DNA of 35,015 bases from Oscillospiraceae bacterium (GCA_031278415.1 JAITKN010000109.1:1-35015), one strand, 5' to 3'; numbered from the stretch's first letter, positions 16,027-26,001 are shown. The notes: generated from the letters alone by a model not told the origin. Program-made: numbers and translations.

Positions 16027-17763
16027 TTACCTCGTGATGCGCCAACTCTTCGCGTTGCTGCGACGATTCCAGAGATTTGTGTACTGTCCGTTCAGCTTGA
16101 TAAGTTCGCTGTGAACGCCGCGCTCGACGATTTCGCCGTTTTGCAGGACAAGAATCAAATCGGCGTTTTTAATGGTAGAGAGCCTATGCGCGATGATTAT
16201 GAGGGTTTTATCGCGAACCAGTTCGTCAATTGCCTCTTGGATGAATTTTTCGTTGTCCGGGTCAACGCCGGCGGTCGCCTCGTCAAGGAGTACGATCGGT
16301 GCGTTTTTAAGGATTGCGCGAGCTATGGAAACGCGCTGTTTTTCGCCGCCCGAGAGTGTAGAGCCGCCGTCGCCGACGCGAGTGTCGTAGCCATTCGGCA
16401 GCGCGGTAATGAAATCGTGGCAGCGGGCTTTTTTCGCGGCGTCTATGATCTCCTCGTCAGTGGCGTCAGGCCGACCGAATTTGATATTATTTCCAATCGT
16501 GTCGTTGAAAAGATAGACGCGCTGAAAAACCATACTGACGCAGCGCAAAAGACTGTCGCAGGTCATCCCGCGAATATCCTGCCCGCCGATTCGGATACTG
16601 CCCTTTTGCGCGTCCCAGAAACGCGCGATAAGGTTCGCTATCGTTGTTTTGCCCGAGCCGGACGCGCCGACAAGCGCGGTCATACTACGCTCCTTTGCGG
16701 TAAAAGTGATGTTTTTGAGTGTTTCTTTTTCGTCATAGCTGAATGTTACGCTGTTGAACTCTATATCGAAAGAGTGTAAATCCGCGTCTTTCCCGTCAGC
16801 GTCTATGATGGGTACTTCTTTCAGCTTTTCGTAACGGTCCAGACCCGCTTCCATAACGCGCATCATAGTTGCCGATGTCGCCAGCGCCATAGCGGGGCGG
16901 AATACCTGAAAGACAAACAGCACAGTCATAAACGCGGTTGGCAGCGTCAATTCGCCGCCGAAGCAAAGCGTGAACGCAATGAAGATGACCGCGGCAATCG
17001 CAATCGAGTAACAATTGACGTAATTTACAACCGGCCAGAGCAGACTTCGCTCAAATCCGATCGCTTGCCGGCAGGTTTCGTCTATGGTGCTGTCCATACG
17101 CTTAGCGGAACTGCCGGTCATACGCAACGCCTTGATTACGGAAATGCCTTCCGCGTACTCTAGCGCCGCGCCGGTCAGCTTAGCCGCCTGCTCTTGCCGT
17201 ATTTTGGATTTTTCTTTCGCGAGCCGTTCCATTATCCGAAATACGAGCATTGCCGCGGTACAAGTAACAAGAGCGGCAAGAGCCAAACGCCAATCAGCCC
17301 AGAGCAGTACTAAGCAGCCGATCACGAGCGAAATCAGCCCTGAAATCACTTCGTCCAGCTTCGTCATACCGTAGTCCTCGGCGAAAGATAGGTCGCCGGT
17401 GATGACGCTTGTCACGTTCCCGATATTACCGTCCGTAAAGTAACTCATAGGGAATCGCTTGAATAAATCGCCGATCCGAACCCGCTCCCGCGAGGCGACG
17501 TAGACCGCCGTATCGCTTTCAAGCCCCACAAAGATTCGCCGCAGAATCCAACGCAGCACAATCGACGCAAGAAGCACGGCAAATACGTATAGCGCGTCGC
17601 CGCTGACGAGCGTTCGGTCTGTGATTCTGATAATGACGAGCAACGCGGCGAATATCGGTACGTTTTGCAAAATCCCTTCAATAAAACTAATCACGGCCGC
17701 AAGTTTCAGCTTCCACGCGTCTTTACCTGAAAAACGCATCAAGCGCGCAATAAATTTAAGCAT
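16027..17763 (-). CDS. ABC exporter half-transporter (TMD-NBD), subunit 2
   Basis: Six-TM N-terminal half, Walker A GASGSGKTT, signature LSGGEKQR, Walker B IVLLDEAT and H-loop IIIAHRL. Its start overlaps the upstream stop by 8 nt. Confidence 0.9.
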   Translation of the reverse strand: MLKFIARLMRFSGKDAWKLKLAAVISFIEGILQNVPIFAALLVIIRITDRTLVSGDALYVFAVLLASIVLRWILRRIFVGLESDTAVYVASRERVRIGDLFKRFPMSYFTDGNIGNVTSVITGDLSFAEDYGMTKLDEVISGLISLVIGCLVLLWADWRLALAALVTCTAAMLVFRIMERLAKEKSKIRQEQAAKLTGAALEYAEGISVIKALRMTGSSAKRMDSTIDETCRQAIGFERSLLWPVVNYVNCYSIAIAAVIFIAFTLCFGGELTLPTAFMTVLFVFQVFRPAMALATSATMMRVMEAGLDRYEKLKEVPIIDADGKDADLHSFDIEFNSVTFSYDEKETLKNITFTAKERSMTALVGASGSGKTTIANLIARFWDAQKGSIRIGGQDIRGMTCDSLLRCVSMVFQRVYLFNDTIGNNIKFGRPDATDEEIIDAAKKARCHDFITALPNGYDTRVGDGGSTLSGGEKQRVSIARAILKNAPIVLLDEATAGVDPDNEKFIQEAIDELVRDKTLIIIAHRLSTIKNADLILVLQNGEIVERGVHSELIKLNGQYTNLWNRRSNAKSWRITR

Positions 17764-19501
17764 TTTTGCCGCCTCCTATATCCCAATCCATTGATTCAAT
17801 ATGCGCGTTCCAGAGCTTCCCGTACAGCGATGAATTTTCGAGCAGCTCCGCGTGTCTGCCTTGCGCGGCGATTTCGCCGCCTGAAATTAGCACGATATTA
17901 TCCGCATCGGTGATGGTTGAAAGCCTGTGCGCGATGATAATGACCGTTTTCCCGATGATCAGTTTCGAGAGAGCCTCTTGAATTCGATCTTCGTTTTCGG
18001 GGTCGGCGAAACTCATAGCTTCGTCGAGGATAACAATCGGCGCGTTCTTGAGCATTGCGCGAGCAATACAAATACGCTGTTTTTGTCCGCCCGACAGCTT
18101 GTCGCCGGACGCGCCGACGATGGTATCGTAAGCGTCAGGCATTTCTGAGATAAATTCGTGGCATTGCGCGGCTTTTGCAATTTCAATGATTTCCGCGTTC
18201 GACGCGCCGGGCTTGCCGTGGCGTATGTTTTCGGCGATTGAGGCATTGAACAAAAAATTGTCCTGTGAAACATAGCTGATTTTGCCCATAAGCGTATCCG
18301 CCGTCAGATCGCGCAAATCGACGCCGCCGATCTTAACCGCGCCTTCCTGAACGTCCCAGAAGCGCATAATCAGCTTCGCCAACGTGCTTTTACCGGCGCC
18401 GGATTCGCCGACGAGCGCGGTAATGGAGTTTTCCGGCATCACAAGCGACAAGCCGCGTATCACGTCTGTGCCGCCGTAGGAGAAGGTTACGTTCTCGAAG
18501 CTGACGCTGTGTCCGTCGGTCTCGGTGACGCTGCCATCCTCCATATCGGGAATGGCAAACATACTTTCGATTTTTTGCGACTTATATTTAAGCTGCGGAA
18601 ATTGCGGGAAAAAGGACACGATTCGTACCGCGGGCAATCCGACGCTGATTCCCAGAAGCAGCGATATCACAAGCGCCGGCAGCGATAGTGTTCCGCCCGT
18701 ATAGAGCATTACACCCAGCGGAAGCATAGTGAGCAGCGCGGCGGGCAGCAATATGGCGTAGGTGGTCATCCACGTGAACGCCGCCCTGTACCAATCCAGC
18801 GTGTTGTCGCGGTAGGCGTAAACGGATTCGCTGTATTTTTTGAACGAGCGGCTTTGCTGTCCGAACACTTTGACGACCTCCATACCGGAGATGTATTCGA
18901 TAATAGTGCGCGTCATCGTTTCACTTGCGCCGTAATAGGCGTTCATACGCTTCATACCATCAACCATCATAGCCGCGAACGGAATCATCCCGACGACCAC
19001 CATAACAACACCGGCGAGCGCCATTCTCCAATCCACGCAAAACATTGTGAGAATAATCGCGAGGAAGGCTATAATATTCGCGAAACCCTCCGGGATGGAG
19101 TGAGCGAGAATCAACTCCATTTCCTCAATGTTCTCAACGAAAACCTTTTTCGCGCTTCCCGCGCCGAAAGCCTGAACGTCGCCCATAGACATCTTCATCA
19201 GCTTCGCCGCCGCGCGCCGTCGCATACCCGCGAGCGTTTTATAGGCTAGCTTATGGGAAAGATCCAGCCCTAAGCCGTTGAAAATATTTTTCAGGACAAG
19301 ACAAACCAATATTGCCGCCGCCACAGCCGCAATCCACCCCATAGACGGAACAGAGGCGTCCAAAAACGCGTTCAACGCGACACCGACAATAAAAAACGGC
19401 GCGACCGAGAACAATACCGAAAATGTCAGCAGCGTCATCGCCACCGGCATAAGGCGCTTGTCTTCGCCCGCATATGACAATACACGCATATATTCTTTCA
19501 T
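17756..19501 (-). CDS. ABC exporter half-transporter (TMD-NBD), subunit 1
   Basis: Walker A GESGAGKST, LSGGQKQR, IVILDEAM and IIIAHRL. AAAGGA lies 6 nt before ATG 19501; the ORF-track start at 19531 is a TTG. Confidence 0.9.
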   Translation of the reverse strand: MKEYMRVLSYAGEDKRLMPVAMTLLTFSVLFSVAPFFIVGVALNAFLDASVPSMGWIAAVAAAILVCLVLKNIFNGLGLDLSHKLAYKTLAGMRRRAAAKLMKMSMGDVQAFGAGSAKKVFVENIEEMELILAHSIPEGFANIIAFLAIILTMFCVDWRMALAGVVMVVVGMIPFAAMMVDGMKRMNAYYGASETMTRTIIEYISGMEVVKVFGQQSRSFKKYSESVYAYRDNTLDWYRAAFTWMTTYAILLPAALLTMLPLGVMLYTGGTLSLPALVISLLLGISVGLPAVRIVSFFPQFPQLKYKSQKIESMFAIPDMEDGSVTETDGHSVSFENVTFSYGGTDVIRGLSLVMPENSITALVGESGAGKSTLAKLIMRFWDVQEGAVKIGGVDLRDLTADTLMGKISYVSQDNFLFNASIAENIRHGKPGASNAEIIEIAKAAQCHEFISEMPDAYDTIVGASGDKLSGGQKQRICIARAMLKNAPIVILDEAMSFADPENEDRIQEALSKLIIGKTVIIIAHRLSTITDADNIVLISGGEIAAQGRHAELLENSSLYGKLWNAHIESMDWDIGGGKNA

Positions 19502-19563
19502 AATCAATCCTTTCTGTGCGCGGGCGGTCAATGTCCGCCCGCGCGGCGGCGCGATTCGGCGGA

Positions 19564-21201
19564 TCAGCGCGTGGTAATCCGTGCGACGTTTGTTGCGGTC
19601 GGGTATCCGGCGAAGCTGAATTCCGCGATTTTATCGGAGTTCCACACCGCGATTTCCCTTATATATGAAATGGGTATGAAAATTGAGTTGTCGGTTATGT
19701 TGTTGAGAATCTGTGTGTAAATGTCCTGAACTTCGGTCTCGTCCGGTGTCGAGTTGAGACGTTTGATGATAGCGTTGCCCTCGTCAATACCCGCCGTAGC
19801 TTGGCACGCGAAGGGGTCTGCGCCCAGCTCTGAATTCATATTCGTCATAAGGGTATATGGGTCATACTGCAGAGTATAAGCGTGATAAAGCCCAACTGCG
19901 AAATCGCCGTACATCGCGCCGTAGAGGCCCATCATATCGTAGCCCTCGGGGATAAGTTCCGCTCCGATTTCCTTAGCCTGCGCCGCTATGGTCAGGGCAA
20001 GGTCGCTGACAATGGTATCGCTTCCGGTCATGTAGATCATAGAGCCTGAGAGTCGAACGCCGTCCTTTTCGCGGATACCATCGTCGTCCGTGTCCGTCCA
20101 ACCCGCGTTTTCGAGTATGGTTTTGGCCTCGTCCGGGTCATATGTCGGGACGTTTACGTCAATGTCGCAGTAGGGGTACGATTTCGGGAAAAGTGAATCG
20201 GCGGGATCCTCTAAGCCTGATAGCAGCCCATCGCATATAGCGGATTTGTCGATAGCGCGGGCGAGCGCGGCGCGAACGCTAATGTCGTCGAATGGCGTGT
20301 GATTAAGATTGAAGACGAGAAAGCGCGTGTTCGATTCCTGCGGCGAAAGCGCGGCTTCAAATCCGGACGCGGACTGCATCTCGAAATAGCCGTCGTATGA
20401 AAGGCTGTCGGAGTTGACGATAGCGTCGATTTCGCCGGATTTAAGGGCGAGCAGCTTCGCGCTGTTGTCAGGGATAACCTTGACGTAAAATTTGTCAAGG
20501 TCGGGCTGTTCCCTTGAATAGTACGGATTGCGGACGAAGGCATATGTGGTTCCGTCGCCGTCGCCGGCGTACATATACGGACCGGTACCGTATGTTCCGG
20601 TTTTGAACGCCTCGCCGGGGCTGCCGTCCGCTTCAAGCATTGCGGGCGAAACGATGCCCATAGGGTTGATCACCGCTAAATCCTTCAAGACGCCGTAATA
20701 TGGCTGAGTGATTCGCAGCTCGACTGTGTAATCGTCAACAATGACGATTTCCGAGATCAGCGTGGAGAGGACGCCGTAGCTTCCGTTATAAACCCCTAAG
20801 TTTTGCGGAACGACGTCCATAGACTTTTTCAGCGCGGCGGCGTTGAAATCTTCTCCGTCGGAAAACTTTACGCCTTCCAACAGTTTAAAGGTGTAAACGG
20901 TGCCGTCGTCTGAAACCTCCCACGATTCAGCCAAACCGGGAACGAAGTTTCCGTTTTCGTAATTCACGAGCGTTTCATAGAAATTGCTTGCGTAAGACAT
21001 CGGACCGGTATTGGTGCTGTTTTCCGGAGTAAGCACGGGATAGAACCCGCTCGAGAAGTCCCAGCTTTCGCTGAATGTGAGTTCCGTGACGGAAGTGCCG
21101 GGTTCGTCCGTCGGCGCGTCGTCGCCGGAGTTTTTGCACGCCGTCAGTAACGACAGCAGCATAAGAGTGCCAAGGGTGATGCTTAAAAATCTACGTTTCA
21201 T
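19564..21201 (-). CDS. Family-5 (peptide/nickel) ABC substrate-binding lipoprotein
   Basis: Signal peptide with lipobox LLTAC. The ~545-aa length and motifs fit (e.g. FKLLEGVKFSDGEDFNA). GGAGGA RBS is present. Confidence 0.85.
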   Translation of the reverse strand: MKRRFLSITLGTLMLLSLLTACKNSGDDAPTDEPGTSVTELTFSESWDFSSGFYPVLTPENSTNTGPMSYASNFYETLVNYENGNFVPGLAESWEVSDDGTVYTFKLLEGVKFSDGEDFNAAALKKSMDVVPQNLGVYNGSYGVLSTLISEIVIVDDYTVELRITQPYYGVLKDLAVINPMGIVSPAMLEADGSPGEAFKTGTYGTGPYMYAGDGDGTTYAFVRNPYYSREQPDLDKFYVKVIPDNSAKLLALKSGEIDAIVNSDSLSYDGYFEMQSASGFEAALSPQESNTRFLVFNLNHTPFDDISVRAALARAIDKSAICDGLLSGLEDPADSLFPKSYPYCDIDVNVPTYDPDEAKTILENAGWTDTDDDGIREKDGVRLSGSMIYMTGSDTIVSDLALTIAAQAKEIGAELIPEGYDMMGLYGAMYGDFAVGLYHAYTLQYDPYTLMTNMNSELGADPFACQATAGIDEGNAIIKRLNSTPDETEVQDIYTQILNNITDNSIFIPISYIREIAVWNSDKIAEFSFAGYPTATNVARITTR

Positions 21202-21246
21202 TGGTTTTCCTCCAAAAAAATTTTTTATATACGCGGCAAAAGCCGT

Positions 21247-21978
21247 TTATATATCTGATTCAATAAGCAGCTTCGCGTAGCCGCTAAGGAAATTTACGCG
21301 TCCGTTATCCGCGTGAGCGTCGTCGAGAATTGAGCCGCCGCGCATAATGAGGATTCTGTCGGCGACGCGCAGCGCGGCGTCCATATCGTGAGTAATGAAG
21401 AGGAACGAACGCATAGCGTCTTTTTTGAGGCGAATAATCAGATCGAGCGCTCGTTCGCGCAGATGGGGATCAAGACCGCCGGTCGTTTCGTCGAATATGA
21501 CGAATCCGGGTTGGGGCGCTAAGGCGCGCGCGAAGCAAACGCGTTTCAGCTGACCGCCGGATAGTTCGTGAGGGAGCCTTGGAAGAAGCTCCGCGGGGAA
21601 TGCGGTTTGTTCGCAAACGGTTTCGACGCGCCGCCTGATTTCCTCTCCGCTGAGATTTGTGAGGTTCCGCAGCGGTTCCGCTATGGATTTCCCGACGCTT
21701 AGGCGCGGATCCAACGACGCGGCGGCATTTTGCGGAACGAGTTGTAAATCAGCGCGTAATAGGCGGCGCCGCTTCCCGCGCAGCCGGGTTATATTCACGC
21801 CGTCGAAGAGTATTTCGCCGCTGTCAGGGCGCTCGAGAAAGGTCATCATACGCGCCAGCGTACTTTTTCCGCTTCCGCTTTCACCCACCAGCGCGGCGGC
21901 GCAATTGCCCTCAAAAATCAAATTCAACCCCTTGATTGAGGCGTAACCTTTGGATATTTCGCGAAGCTCAATCCTCAT
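21247..21978 (-). CDS. ABC importer ATPase (DppF/NikE-like, short form)
   Basis: GESGSGKST, LSGGQLKR and FVIFDETT. It lacks the long Opp-type C-terminal extension. Confidence 0.9.
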   Translation of the reverse strand: MRIELREISKGYASIKGLNLIFEGNCAAALVGESGSGKSTLARMMTFLERPDSGEILFDGVNITRLRGKRRRLLRADLQLVPQNAAASLDPRLSVGKSIAEPLRNLTNLSGEEIRRRVETVCEQTAFPAELLPRLPHELSGGQLKRVCFARALAPQPGFVIFDETTGGLDPHLRERALDLIIRLKKDAMRSFLFITHDMDAALRVADRILIMRGGSILDDAHADNGRVNFLSGYAKLLIESDI

Positions 21979-22660
21979 TTTTCCGTTCTCCGATGTAAAT
22001 CGTTTCGCAAGAGCAGTATTCCGCCTCGCGGGGATTATGCGTAATCAGCAGTAAGGCGCTCCCGCGTGATTTCAGCTTGATAAGCTCATCCAGGACGATC
22101 CGGCGGTTAACGACGTCCAGCGCGGTGGTCGCTTCGTCCGCAATGACGATTTCAGGCTCCATAATCAGCGCGAGTGCGATTGCGGCACGCTGTAACATTC
22201 CGCCGGAAAGCGTGTGCGGATATGAGCGCGTAAGGCTATCGGGCAGCCCGAGCGCGTCAAGGGCGTCGGACGAAAGTGTCCGGGCGGCGCGGCGTGTAAG
22301 GCGTCTGTGCGCCCTGATCGTTTCTGTGATTTGCGTACCGATTTTGAAGCCCGGGTCAAAGGCGGTCATCGGATTTTGCGGAATCAGTGCGATTTTGTCG
22401 CCGCGTATACGTCGCAACGCGTGTTCCGGCATAGTAAGCAGATTTTCGCCGGCGAACCGGGCGATTCCCGAAGTGTTGAAAATCCGCTTATTCAGCAACC
22501 CTAAAATCGCGTTGACACACATAGTTTTACCGCTTCCGGAGTCGCCGACCAACGCGAGCGCGCCGCCCGCGCAGAGTGAGAAGCTAACGCCGCTTACAAT
22601 GCCGGCGTTCGTTTCACGGAGCTTAACCGTTAGGTTTTCCGCGTGAAGGGCGGCGCTCAT
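21968..22660 (-). CDS. ABC importer ATPase (DppD/NikD-like)
   Basis: GDSGSGKTM, LSGGMLQR and IVIADEAT. The ATG at 22660 overlaps the permease stop (ATGA). The longer 394-aa ORF-track model runs through the permease gene and is rejected. Confidence 0.9.
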   Translation of the reverse strand: MSAALHAENLTVKLRETNAGIVSGVSFSLCAGGALALVGDSGSGKTMCVNAILGLLNKRIFNTSGIARFAGENLLTMPEHALRRIRGDKIALIPQNPMTAFDPGFKIGTQITETIRAHRRLTRRAARTLSSDALDALGLPDSLTRSYPHTLSGGMLQRAAIALALIMEPEIVIADEATTALDVVNRRIVLDELIKLKSRGSALLLITHNPREAEYCSCETIYIGERKNED

Positions 22661-23481
22661 TGTCCCGCGCCTTCCGGCGTTACGACATCGCGCAGCGCCT
22701 CGCCGAATAGGTTGAAGCCCATAACGGCGGCAAGGATACAGACCCCCGGGTACATTAGCAGTTCCGGATGCGCGTAAAAATTCGATTGCGCTTCGTTCAG
22801 CATCGCGCCCCATTCCGGCGTACCCGCCGAGAACCCCAGTCCGAGGTATGAGAAACTCGATACCATAAGAATGATAGACGCGACGCCCGTAGAGAGATAC
22901 ACTAAACAGCGCGGCAAGATGTTTGGAATTATGTGGCGGAAAAGAGCCGCCGCGCCGGAGCAGCCCGCGATTTTCGCCGCCGTTACGTAGTCCTTGCCGA
23001 TTTCTATCGCGGCCCAAGTACGTACTACCTTCGCAAACCACACCCACGATGAGAAGAAAACCGCCGCCGCGATGTTTGCCATCCCATAGCCGAGCGCGCC
23101 CACCAGTGAAATCGCGATTACAAGCGAGGGAAATGCCATAAAAATATCGCAAATCACGATAAATACGCGTTCAAGGACACCACCCGCATAAGCCGCTGCC
23201 GAACCGAGTATCGTCCCGCACAACCCGATAATCAATAATGTCGGGAAGGCTATCGCGGCGGAATTCCTTGCGCCGTATAAAAGTCGGGAGAATACGCAGC
23301 GTCCGAGTTGATCCGTTCCGAGCGGAAAGGTTCCATCCGGCGGCAGATATTTTGCGGCCGCATTGATTTCGCCCGGATCGTTAGGCGCAAGCGAAGGAGC
23401 GAACAGCGCCGCAAAAACGAAGATGGCGATGAGCGTAAGCCCTGCGGCGGCCTGTGGATTTTTCAGCGTTTTTCTAAACAT
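22657..23481 (-). CDS. ABC importer permease (DppC/NikC-like)
   Basis: Poly-topic protein of the BPD-transporter type. GGGAGGAG lies 6 nt before ATG 23481, which sits 4 nt after the upstream stop. Confidence 0.85.
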   Translation of the reverse strand: MFRKTLKNPQAAAGLTLIAIFVFAALFAPSLAPNDPGEINAAAKYLPPDGTFPLGTDQLGRCVFSRLLYGARNSAAIAFPTLLIIGLCGTILGSAAAYAGGVLERVFIVICDIFMAFPSLVIAISLVGALGYGMANIAAAVFFSSWVWFAKVVRTWAAIEIGKDYVTAAKIAGCSGAAALFRHIIPNILPRCLVYLSTGVASIILMVSSFSYLGLGFSAGTPEWGAMLNEAQSNFYAHPELLMYPGVCILAAVMGFNLFGEALRDVVTPEGAGQ

Positions 23482-24427
23482 TCGGGACTCCTCCCGCCAT
23501 ACGCGGCGCGATACGGGCGTTAACAATATCGGAAAGGGTATTCACAGCAACGAAAATCAGGGCTACGATAAATACGCAGGCGTTCACCGCCGCTAAATCA
23601 CGGCCTATGATAGCATCGGCAAGGTAGCCCCCTAATCCTTTGAGTGAGAAAATTTTCTCCAAAACGGCACAGCTTGAAATCATATAGCCGAAGTTTTGGC
23701 ACAGCATAGTGAGAATCGACGGGAATGAGTTTTTCAGTATGTGCATCCAAAGCGTTCTGTGTGCGGACAGCCCTCTTGCGCGGGCGTAGATTACATAATC
23801 TTTGTTCATCTCCGATAAAATTGTTGCGCGGAATATGCGCGTCATAGATGATCCTGACGGGATGGCAAGCGCAACAGCAGGCAGAATCAGCGCTTTCAGA
23901 CTGCTTCCGCTCTCAATTACATTGAATATAGGCAGCTTAACGGCGAATATCAGCAGGAGAACGAACCCGAGCCAGAAATTCGGCACGGACAGCCCGAATA
24001 CTGTTATTCCGCGTATAGCGTGGTCGAATGGGCTGTTTTTACGCGCCGCGCATATCACCGCGCCCGATACTGACGTAACCGCGACGATCAGCAGCGACAG
24101 ACCCGAAAGTTTCAGCGTCAGCGAGATACGCGCGAAAATATCGTCGGCAATAGGCGCTCGCGTTATGAGCGAAACGCCGAAATCGCCGCGAAGCAATCCG
24201 CCCAACCACTTCAGGTACTGTATGTAAATCGGTTTATCCAGCCCCATCTCGACGCGCAGCAGGTCGATTTGCTCCGGCGATACGCTGATGAGCGAGCGCC
24301 TCGCGAAAGCCTCGGCGGCGTCAATCGGGGAAATCGCCGATAGCGCGAAAGACAGGAGTGAAACTCCGGTCAGCACGATGAGCAGCATAGCGGCGCGTTT
24401 GACAAGTTTTCGCGGCAGAGATGGCAT
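23474..24427 (-). CDS. ABC importer permease (DppB/NikB-like)
   Basis: Poly-topic protein with a DYVIYARARGLS EAA-loop-like motif. AAAGGAA RBS precedes ATG 24427. Confidence 0.85.
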   Translation of the reverse strand: MPSLPRKLVKRAAMLLIVLTGVSLLSFALSAISPIDAAEAFARRSLISVSPEQIDLLRVEMGLDKPIYIQYLKWLGGLLRGDFGVSLITRAPIADDIFARISLTLKLSGLSLLIVAVTSVSGAVICAARKNSPFDHAIRGITVFGLSVPNFWLGFVLLLIFAVKLPIFNVIESGSSLKALILPAVALAIPSGSSMTRIFRATILSEMNKDYVIYARARGLSAHRTLWMHILKNSFPSILTMLCQNFGYMISSCAVLEKIFSLKGLGGYLADAIIGRDLAAVNACVFIVALIFVAVNTLSDIVNARIAPRMAGGVPNV

Positions 24428-24490
24428 AGGAAATTCCTTTCGTGGATTAGTTTGTGATAATTCGCGAAGTGCAGCGTCTCGAAACATTTT

Positions 24491-24539
24491 TGAATTCACC
24501 ATAGGTGAATTCAATCCGTGAATTAGCGTATACTAATTC
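24491..24539. promoter_or_regulatory. Two adjacent palindromes (candidate operators) upstream of the importer-exporter operon
   Basis: TGAATTCACC-ATA-GGTGAATTCA (24491-24513) is a perfect 10-bp-arm palindrome. GAATTAG-CGTATA-CTAATTC (24520-24539) is the second. The first overlaps a possible minus-strand promoter (TTGAAT-17-AAAAAT). Confidence 0.5.
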
Positions 24540-24733
24540 AAATCGCCTTCAACTCCAGTTCGGATACACTCTAACACACTTGAAGCAGATTGTCAACACT
24601 TTTTTTCAGCGCGCAAAAATATTTTCGGAGCGGTCGGATTCGACCTCGCCGATCCGTAAAGATCCGACGGCGGTACGGCGCGATTGTCGAGGCGGGGTTT
24701 GAGGCGTTGAAAACGACAAATTTAAATTAGGTG

Positions 24734-24762
24734 TTGACAATCGCAAGTGATTGTGATAGAAT
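24734..24762 (+). promoter_or_regulatory. Sigma-A promoter of the URO-D-family gene
   Basis: TTGACA (24734-24739), 17 nt, TGaTAGAAT (TAGAAT at 24757-24762). Confidence 0.65.
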
Positions 24763-24796
24763 ACAAACAAATAAAAGCTAAAAGGAGATTTTTTGT

Positions 24797-25849
24797 ATGA
24801 ATCGCCCAATACCTTTCTCGAAGCAGGAGCTAAAAGCTATTGACACAATTCCCGGATTTATGGGGCGTCCCGGACTGCCGATTTTCAATACGCCGCTTAC
24901 TCCGCGCGAAAACTTCAACGCGTTTTACTGGGAGAAAGAACCGTGGTGGCTGCCCGCTCCGTCGGAGAGCGCAATGCTGATTGACTCGATGTACGATGAT
25001 AAGCTCGGGCGCGGAGGTCCAAACGGCACAACTGACGAGTTCGGAATAGAATGGGAATACATAGCGTCCGCCGGCGGTTCAATCGCCCGACCGGGCGAAC
25101 CGCTTGTATCCGATGCTAACGAGCTTGCGGATAAGGTTAAATTCCCTGACATTGACGACTGGGATTGGGATGGTGACGCCGCAAAAGCAAAACTTGACCC
25201 GCGCTTATTTACCGTTTTTACGCTTGTTAACGGATTCGGGTTTGAGCGGCTGATTAGCTTTATGGATTTCGCTCCGGCGGCTATGGCTCTGTTAGACGAA
25301 GACCAAGAGTTCGCAGTAAAGAAATTTCTGCGCGAGAGCGCGGAGTTTGCCTGTAAGGTGGTTGACAAATACTGCGAGTATTTTCCGGCACTTGATGGGT
25401 TTGATATCCACGACGACTGGGGAGCGCAGAGAGCGCCGTTCTTCTCGGAACAAATCGCATACGAGTTCTTTGTACCGAATATGCGGTTAATTACCGACCA
25501 TATACACAGCAAAGGCAAAGTTGCAACCCTTCATAGTTGCGGTCACGTTGAAGATCGGGTTAAATGCTTCATTGACGGCGGTTTTGACGGTTGGGTGCCT
25601 CAAGCTATGAACGACACGAAACGCTTGTTTGACGAGGTCGGAGACAAAATCGCCATTGCGGTAATTCCGGAGCGGTATGACCCGATGACCACACCGGAGG
25701 AGAAACAACGTGAGTACGGCGCGGAGTTCGCGAAGTATTATACTCAGCCCGGAAAACTCGCTACGATTAGCTATTACGGTGCGGAAATGGTGACATCCGC
25801 GTTCCAAGAGGCAATGTACGAGACTTCGCGTAAAATAATCACCGCGTGA
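24797..25849 (+). CDS. Uroporphyrinogen-decarboxylase (URO-D) family protein, MtaA/CmuA-like
   Basis: The DIHDDWGAQRAPFFSEQ...ATLHSCGHVE...GFDGWVPQ pattern is typical of clostridial URO-D-like proteins. AAAGGAG RBS is present. The substrate is unknown. Confidence 0.6.
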   Translation: MNRPIPFSKQELKAIDTIPGFMGRPGLPIFNTPLTPRENFNAFYWEKEPWWLPAPSESAMLIDSMYDDKLGRGGPNGTTDEFGIEWEYIASAGGSIARPGEPLVSDANELADKVKFPDIDDWDWDGDAAKAKLDPRLFTVFTLVNGFGFERLISFMDFAPAAMALLDEDQEFAVKKFLRESAEFACKVVDKYCEYFPALDGFDIHDDWGAQRAPFFSEQIAYEFFVPNMRLITDHIHSKGKVATLHSCGHVEDRVKCFIDGGFDGWVPQAMNDTKRLFDEVGDKIAIAVIPERYDPMTTPEEKQREYGAEFAKYYTQPGKLATISYYGAEMVTSAFQEAMYETSRKIITA

Positions 25850-25929
25850 TTTTGAAAAGACTGTAAACGCAAAGTAAAATGTAACAAAAGGCGCCTCTTC
25901 GGGGAACCGAAATTCAGCCTTTTTGACTA

Positions 25930-25958
25930 TTGACAACGCCGAGTTGTTTTGATACAAT
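25930..25958 (+). promoter_or_regulatory. Sigma-A promoter of moeA
   Basis: TTGACA (25930-25935), 17 nt, TGaTACAAT (TACAAT at 25953-25958). Confidence 0.6.
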
Positions 25959-26001
25959 ACTCGTATAAAATATGCGTATAAAGAGGAGAAACTGACGCAA
26001 G

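Noticed and set aside
22661-23152. N-terminal 163-codon extension of the DppD/NikD-like ATPase (394-aa ORF-track model)
   Set aside because: The extension overlaps the permease gene in another frame and is Arg/Gly-rich. The conserved ATPase begins at MSAALHAENL, whose ATG (22660) forms an ATGA overlap with the permease stop.
24632-24645. tRNA T-arm-like sequence GGTCGGATTCGACC
   Set aside because: It has a 5-bp stem with only a 4-nt loop. There is no acceptor, D or anticodon arm in the flanks, so it is not a tRNA.
25886-25923. Terminator after the URO-D-family gene (AAAAGGC … GCCTTTT)
   Set aside because: The stem is only 7 bp and A/T-rich, with a ~24-nt loop. This is too weak to call without a folding calculation.
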